Origin: an uncultured Bacilli bacterium
Lineage (GTDB): Bacteria > Bacillota_I > Bacilli_A > RF39 > UBA660
Assembly: GCA_947591455.1 (NCBI GenBank)
Contig: CANQDC010000002.1
Location: 1 to 53,410, forward strand
Reading direction: 5' to 3'
DNA: 53,410 nucleotides
Below, piece by piece: positions 49,386 to 53,410 of this stretch; positions within the stretch are counted from its first letter, which is position 1, and every line of letters begins with the position of its first letter. The position numbers and the translations under genes are program-made. The notes beneath the pieces were generated by a model. It saw nothing but the letters and a program-made list of their open reading frames with translations. It searched no databases and was not told where the DNA came from.

Positions 49386-50108
49386 ATGATAAGGATTATA
49401 ATTGTTGAAGATGATAAAGATATGCAAGCGGAGTTAAAAAATATTTTAAGAGAAACAGATATTATTAAAGAAGAAATAAAAATTGAATATTTTACAAAAT
49501 TTTCGAAAGAGCTTAAAAATATTATCAAAGATCCATCCGAACGTAAAATATTTATTTTGGATATAGAACTAGCAACGAAGGTAAGTGGAATCGATATAGC
49601 TAAATATATAAGACAAAATGATTGGGAAAGTGAGATTATATTTATTACCTCTCATGATAAAATGTTCGAGACAGCTTATCGTAATGTTTATGAAATCTTT
49701 GACTTTATTGAGAAATTTCATCATTTAGAAACAAGATTAAAGAAAGATCTTAAAGTAATCTATAAGAAAAATTTTGATAACAAAATGTTTAAATTTAATA
49801 GTAGAAATATTGATATTCAAATTTTTTATCGTTCCATTACTCATTTATATAGAGATAAAGAATCTAGAAAATTAATTATTTGTACAGATAACAATAATTA
49901 TGCAATCAATATTAGTGTAGCAGATTCATTAAATCTTTTAGATGAAAGATTTAAAATGGTTCATAGAGCTTGTATTGTAAATACAGATAGAGTTGAAGTA
50001 TATAATTGGGTAAAAGGCTTTTTTATTCTAGACAATGGTAATAAAGTTCATATGCTATCAAGAAAATTTAAGAAGGAGATTGAAGAAGTAAATGAAAGAA
50101 ATAATTGA
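49386..50108 (+). CDS. agrA: LytTR-family response regulator (AgrA-like)
   Basis: Receiver domain with IIIVEDD and FILDIEL. The C-terminal LytTR domain reads ...MVHRACIVNTDRVEVYNW.... Confidence 0.85.
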   Translation: MIRIIIVEDDKDMQAELKNILRETDIIKEEIKIEYFTKFSKELKNIIKDPSERKIFILDIELATKVSGIDIAKYIRQNDWESEIIFITSHDKMFETAYRNVYEIFDFIEKFHHLETRLKKDLKVIYKKNFDNKMFKFNSRNIDIQIFYRSITHLYRDKESRKLIICTDNNNYAINISVADSLNLLDERFKMVHRACIVNTDRVEVYNWVKGFFILDNGNKVHMLSRKFKKEIEEVNERNN

Positions 50109-51363
50109 AATTATCCCCTATTTTATTGGTTGCTTGATAAATGTGACGTTATGTCATTTATCATATATAAAATTAAGTGATGATCAAGAATTAACTATTA
50201 AAACTTTCATTGTAAGTTTTATTGTTTCCATAATAATTTTACTAAATAATTGCTATAATAATTTATGGTTAAAAGTTGTTATAACTGCACTTGCTTTTTG
50301 TATAAGTTTTAAAATACTGTATAAAGAGAATATGAAAAAAACTATAATTAAATATATAATTATATATACGATGTTGACAATTTTAGAAATAGTAGTAACA
50401 AATATATTATTAAATACTGGAATAATGATTAACAATAGTGCGATAATTTTACATACATATATGAAAATGCTATTATCGATTATAATTCCAGGCATTGAAT
50501 ACCTGCTTTTTTCTATATCCATAATCAATAAAATATTTAAGAAGATAATTAATTTTTTTATTATAAATATAAATTATTTGAATGTTGCTTATATTTTTAT
50601 AATTACTGGAACGACTTTAGGAATGTTAAATATTCAAAATTTTGCAACTAAAGGATCATTAAAATTAATTATAATATTATATATCATGTTCTTGTTATTA
50701 TTTATTATCATTATAAAATCGAAATCAAAAGAAGAATTTTTAAAGAAATCAAATGAACGGCTAGTGGAATATAATGAAAAATATGGACAATTTTTAGATG
50801 AATATAAAGTATATAAACATAATATTAAAAATAAACTAGTAGGTATGAAAGCATTTGGTAATAAAAAGATAAATTCATTAATTGATGATTTATTAGAAGA
50901 AGAAACAACATTTAGCATAAAAAATAATAATTTATATAATGTTCCTAATGGAATAAAAGGTATTGTAGCTGAAAAATTATATAATATAAATATTCATGCA
51001 ATCATTGATAATAATTTAAAAGGCGATCCATTTATTAAATTGCAACCAAAAGAATTTAATAGTATATCGGAAGCAATTGGAATATGTATTGATAATGCAG
51101 TAGAAGCAAGTATCGAAACCAAGGAACCAGTAGTTTTATTAGACTTAAAAGAAGACGATGATTATATTTTTATAAAAATAGGAAATAACTTTTGCAACGA
51201 TATTAATATTGAAGAATTAGGGGATAAATATTATTCAACTAAAAACAGAAATAGTGGATTAGGATTATTTTCTATAATGAGAAATAAATTTATAAAAGAA
51301 AAAATATCTATTATTAATAATTTTTATTATATAGAATTAAAAATAAAAAAAGCACGCTGTTAA
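50092..51363 (+). CDS. agrC: AgrC-like (HPK10) membrane histidine kinase
   Basis: About 6 TM helices, the H-box YKVYKHNIKNKL, the N-box IDNAVEAS and the G-box STKNRNSGLGLFS. It overlaps the response regulator gene by 17 nt. Confidence 0.85.
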   Translation: MKEIIEIIPYFIGCLINVTLCHLSYIKLSDDQELTIKTFIVSFIVSIIILLNNCYNNLWLKVVITALAFCISFKILYKENMKKTIIKYIIIYTMLTILEIVVTNILLNTGIMINNSAIILHTYMKMLLSIIIPGIEYLLFSISIINKIFKKIINFFIININYLNVAYIFIITGTTLGMLNIQNFATKGSLKLIIILYIMFLLLFIIIIKSKSKEEFLKKSNERLVEYNEKYGQFLDEYKVYKHNIKNKLVGMKAFGNKKINSLIDDLLEEETTFSIKNNNLYNVPNGIKGIVAEKLYNINIHAIIDNNLKGDPFIKLQPKEFNSISEAIGICIDNAVEASIETKEPVVLLDLKEDDDYIFIKIGNNFCNDINIEELGDKYYSTKNRNSGLGLFSIMRNKFIKEKISIINNFYYIELKIKKARC

Positions 51364-51378
51364 ACTCGCGTGTTTTTA
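51347..51378. terminator. weak bidirectional hairpin between the convergent agrC and agrD genes
   Basis: An A-run, CACGC-10 nt-GCGTG, then a T-run. Confidence 0.4.
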
Positions 51379-51385
51379 ATTATTA

Positions 51386-51505
51386 TTAAAGCATTTCTTC
51401 AGGACATTCTGTTTCATCCCAAAGTCCAACATAAGTAAAAGTTGAAACTCCATTATTAGCAATTTTAGCTAAAGCTGCTAATGCATTTGCAAAAAATACT
51501 GCCAT
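51386..51505 (-). CDS. agrD: AgrD-like autoinducing-peptide precursor (39 aa; absent from the ORF track)
   Basis: AAGGAGG SD 8 nt upstream of the ATG. The translation is MAVFFANALAALAKIANNGVSTFTYVGLWDETECPEEML: an amphipathic leader, a hydrophobic core and an acidic DExExP tail. It lies 45 nt downstream of agrB on the same strand. Confidence 0.75.
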   Translation of the reverse strand: MAVFFANALAALAKIANNGVSTFTYVGLWDETECPEEML

Positions 51506-51550
51506 TTAAAACGCCTCCTTTCCATTGTTTAAATATATATTTAAATTTAT

Positions 51551-52165
51551 TTAAACCACACTTTTCTTATAAAAACGATAATTTTTATAAGGTTGCTTAA
51601 AAATAAAATAAGTAATAGGACATGTACATATAAAATTTAATGTTAAAATAACACATATAATTTCTTTAAAATTATTTATATTAAATATACAAGATAACAT
51701 TATTAATATTAAGATATAAGTAAGAGCTATAAATTTATTTACTATTCTTTTATTTTTATTTAGTAAAGGTCTTGCCTTCGTATCAGAAGGAGCCCATAAT
51801 AAAATAGCCAGTATACCAATAACATAAATAGAATATATAATTACATTTGATAATTCATAATGACTTATTAAAAAAGGAAAAATAATATAAGTAGTTAAAG
51901 AGATAATCCAACAATAAATATTCTTTGTTGCATGAATACCAAAAGTAAAACCTCTTAATACAGAATAAAACAGTAATGTAAAAAAAGTAATTTGAAATGT
52001 ATGTAAAAATATAGATAGAAATAATATAACAAATGATTTAGTAAAAAAAGAATAAAGAGATTCTAAGGTATATTTAAATATTTTTTCTTGTTTACTATCA
52101 CATACATTGTTTTTTTTTAAATAGTTAATGGAACTATTAACAAATACTTCTTTCACTTTTCTCAC
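51551..52165 (-). CDS. agrB: AgrB-family AIP-processing membrane endopeptidase
   Basis: Multi-TM protein. LRGFTFGIHATKNIYCW has His and Cys 7 residues apart, like S. aureus AgrB H77/C84. The start is uncertain: GTG at 52165, or GTG at 52156 after a GGTGA SD. Confidence 0.8.
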   Translation of the reverse strand: MRKVKEVFVNSSINYLKKNNVCDSKQEKIFKYTLESLYSFFTKSFVILFLSIFLHTFQITFFTLLFYSVLRGFTFGIHATKNIYCWIISLTTYIIFPFLISHYELSNVIIYSIYVIGILAILLWAPSDTKARPLLNKNKRIVNKFIALTYILILIMLSCIFNINNFKEIICVILTLNFICTCPITYFIFKQPYKNYRFYKKSVV

Positions 52166-52453
52166 CTACGTTAAAAAAATCATAGCACAGAAAATATCAA
52201 AAAAATAAAAAGAGGAGTAAGAAAATAATTATCAGTTTGAAATTAAAAAAATGAAAATATTTAAATAATAAAATTTTATTTTAAACAAAAAACAAACATT
52301 TTGAAACAAAATTATTGGAATATTTTTCATAATACATTATCCTTAGGAAGGCGAAAGCAAAGCAATGCTGTATATTTTGCCAGTTGTATATAATGTAGTT
52401 TCAGCATTGAATGGTAGTAATAAGTATTTTGAAGAAGAAAAGAGGTGTGAGTT

Positions 52454-52666
52454 ATGTGTGGTAAAGTAAAATGGTTCAACAATGACAAAGGATATGGTTT
52501 TATAGAATGTGACAACTTAGAAGATATTTTTGTACACTATTCTGCAATTATTAAAGATGGCTATAAAACTTTAAAAGAAGGTGATATTGTAAACTTTAAA
52601 TTAGTGGAAACTTCCAAAGGATTACAAGCCATAGATGTAAGTTGTGCTGAATTAACTACTGTTTAG
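52454..52666 (+). CDS. cold-shock protein (CspA family)
   Basis: GKVKWFNNDKGYGFI (RNP1) and IFVHYS (RNP2). Confidence 0.92.
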   Translation: MCGKVKWFNNDKGYGFIECDNLEDIFVHYSAIIKDGYKTLKEGDIVNFKLVETSKGLQAIDVSCAELTTV

Positions 52667-52718
52667 TAGTTTTTTATTTACTCAAAATATGATATACTCC
52701 TATTAAGGAAGTGATGGT

Positions 52719-53249
52719 ATGAATATTAATATTAGAGGAGATAAAGTAACAGTTACTAAAGCTATGAAAGCTCAAATAGAAAGTAAGCTATTAAAACTAG
52801 AAAAGTATTTCAAAGATGCTAGTAACATTACGGCATATGTTAATATTAAAATTACAAATCAAAGTCAAACAATAGAAGTGACAATTCCAACAAGTAAATT
52901 TACTGTAAGAAGTGAAGAAAGTAATGAAGACTTATATACAGCTGTAGATTTAATTATTGATAAAATAGAAAGACAAATAAGAAAAAATAAAACAAAATTA
53001 AAAAAGAAATATAAAGATATAGAGCCACTAGATTTTAACTTAGATTTTGAAAATGAAGAAAAAATTGTAGAAAGTAAAATTATAAAAAGAAAAAATTTAG
53101 AAATGAAACCAATGGACGAAGAAGAAGCATTAATTCAATTAGAATTATTAGGACATGACTTTTTTATTTTTAAAAATATAGAAGAAGAGTGTGTTTCAGT
53201 AATTTATAAACGTAAAGATAAACATTTTGGAATCATTAATGTGAAATAG
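52719..53249 (+). CDS. hpf: ribosome hibernation-promoting factor, long form (HPF/YvyD)
   Basis: MNINIRGDKVTVTKAMKAQIESKL..., with the C-terminal dimerisation domain ...HDFFIFKNIEEECVSVIYKRKDKHFGII. Confidence 0.92.
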   Translation: MNINIRGDKVTVTKAMKAQIESKLLKLEKYFKDASNITAYVNIKITNQSQTIEVTIPTSKFTVRSEESNEDLYTAVDLIIDKIERQIRKNKTKLKKKYKDIEPLDFNLDFENEEKIVESKIIKRKNLEMKPMDEEEALIQLELLGHDFFIFKNIEEECVSVIYKRKDKHFGIINVK

Positions 53250-53279
53250 GAAGTTATTTTAAATGACTTCTTTTTTTTT
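53249..53279 (+). terminator. intrinsic terminator after hpf
   Basis: GAAGT-11 nt-ACTTC followed by T9. Confidence 0.55.
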
Positions 53280-53338
53280 AACTTGTGCAAGATAAAAAGA
53301 TGAATTATAATAAAGATGTAAAATAGGAGGAAGAGAAA

Positions 53339-53410
53339 TGAAAATAGAAAGATATAAAGAAAACAAAAAAGTAAGAAATACCCTCCTAACTCTAGGAATA
53401 GCAAGTGTGA
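53339..53410 (+). CDS. hypothetical protein, N-terminal fragment (runs off the window end)
   Basis: AGGAGGAAG SD with a TTGTGC-17-TATAAT promoter upstream. Translation starts MKIERYKENKKVRNTLLTLGIASV.... Confidence 0.45.

Noticed and set aside
51364-51550. Alternative small ORFs as the AgrD candidate, on the plus strand or in other frames.
   Set aside because: Only the minus-strand 39-codon frame has a canonical AAGGAGG SD, an amphipathic leader and the DExExP tail. It is also co-oriented with agrB.
768-53404. About 25 ORFs of 60-101 aa in the track lie antisense to, or out of frame within, large conserved genes. Examples: 768-977+, 1318-1506+, 12110-12313+, 15106-15615+, 16056-16328+, 18780-18983+, 20810-21013+, 22255-22539+, 28466-29029-, 29738-29947-, 31365-31586-, 31913-32137-, 32980-33286-, 33995-34195+, 38630-38857-, 43458-44036-, 50253-50918-, 52327-52515-, 53204-53404-.
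   Set aside because: Each lies entirely inside a well-supported gene on the opposite strand or across intergenic promoter or terminator DNA. Their compositions are low-complexity and rich in F/I/L/S/K, as expected for shadow frames in AT-rich DNA. None has a convincing SD.
1-53410. CRISPR arrays, tRNA or rRNA genes, transposases, integrases, and recognisable defence or toxin systems.
   Set aside because: None were seen on either strand by eye. The only repeats longer than 15 bp are the parS and NBS palindromes, and no IS-like terminal inverted repeats flank any gene. I could not run exhaustive repeat or tRNA scans.
1-53410. An alternative genetic code (Mollicutes-type TGA = Trp), suggested by the very low GC and the short SRP RNA.
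   Set aside because: Some genes end at TGA, for example the rnpA/yidC ATGA overlap and the hyp/tatD overlap. All conserved proteins are full length under code 11 and Trp is encoded by TGG.

Overview
This AT-rich window is the chromosomal replication origin of a low-GC, endospore-forming Firmicute using the standard genetic code. TGA acts as a stop and all conserved genes are intact. oriC, a cluster of DnaA boxes, lies at about 25.9-26.3 kb between dnaA (minus strand) and rpmH (plus strand). Nearly every gene is transcribed away from it.

Left arm, minus strand: dnaA-dnaN-[comK-like]-recF-gyrB-gyrA, short SRP RNA, tadA-dnaX-yaaK-recR-bofA, holB-ricT-yabB-pth-mfd-spoVT, T-box-metG-hyp-tatD-3D protein-rsmA-yabG-veg-spoVG. 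At the far left is a small XRE regulator facing a divergent membrane-protein gene.

Right arm, plus strand: rpmH-rnpA-yidC-jag-mnmE-mnmG-rsmG-noc, a convergent class A PBP, DUF1934-argS-rpoE-prfA-prmC, GT2 synthase, spoIIR-mntP-murA, SGNH hydrolase, rpmE, ATP-grasp-rpiB-DUF1146-spoIID-spoIIQ-like-spoIIID-hyp, an agr-type quorum-sensing locus, then csp and hpf.

Most of the window is ordinary core genome. I did not find a convincing wholly novel multi-gene system. The points most worth a second look are:
1. Two identical perfect parS palindromes lie downstream of gyrA, and one doubles as the gyrA terminator.
2. Two identical 26-bp palindromes carry the Noc-binding-site core ATTTCCCGGGAAAT. One of them is inside a coding sequence.
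3. The only ParB-family gene is Noc-like. It has no N-terminal amphipathic helix, carries a roughly 200-aa acidic linker insertion, and has no soj-spo0J beside it.
4. The agr locus is arranged convergently (agrA-agrC -> <- agrD-agrB). Its AgrD-like peptide has Tyr where the ring-forming Cys/Ser normally sits and a Ser at -9, as in enterococcal GBAP.
5. A ComK-family gene sits between dnaN and recF.

All calls come from reading the translations and sequence by eye. No database search was run.
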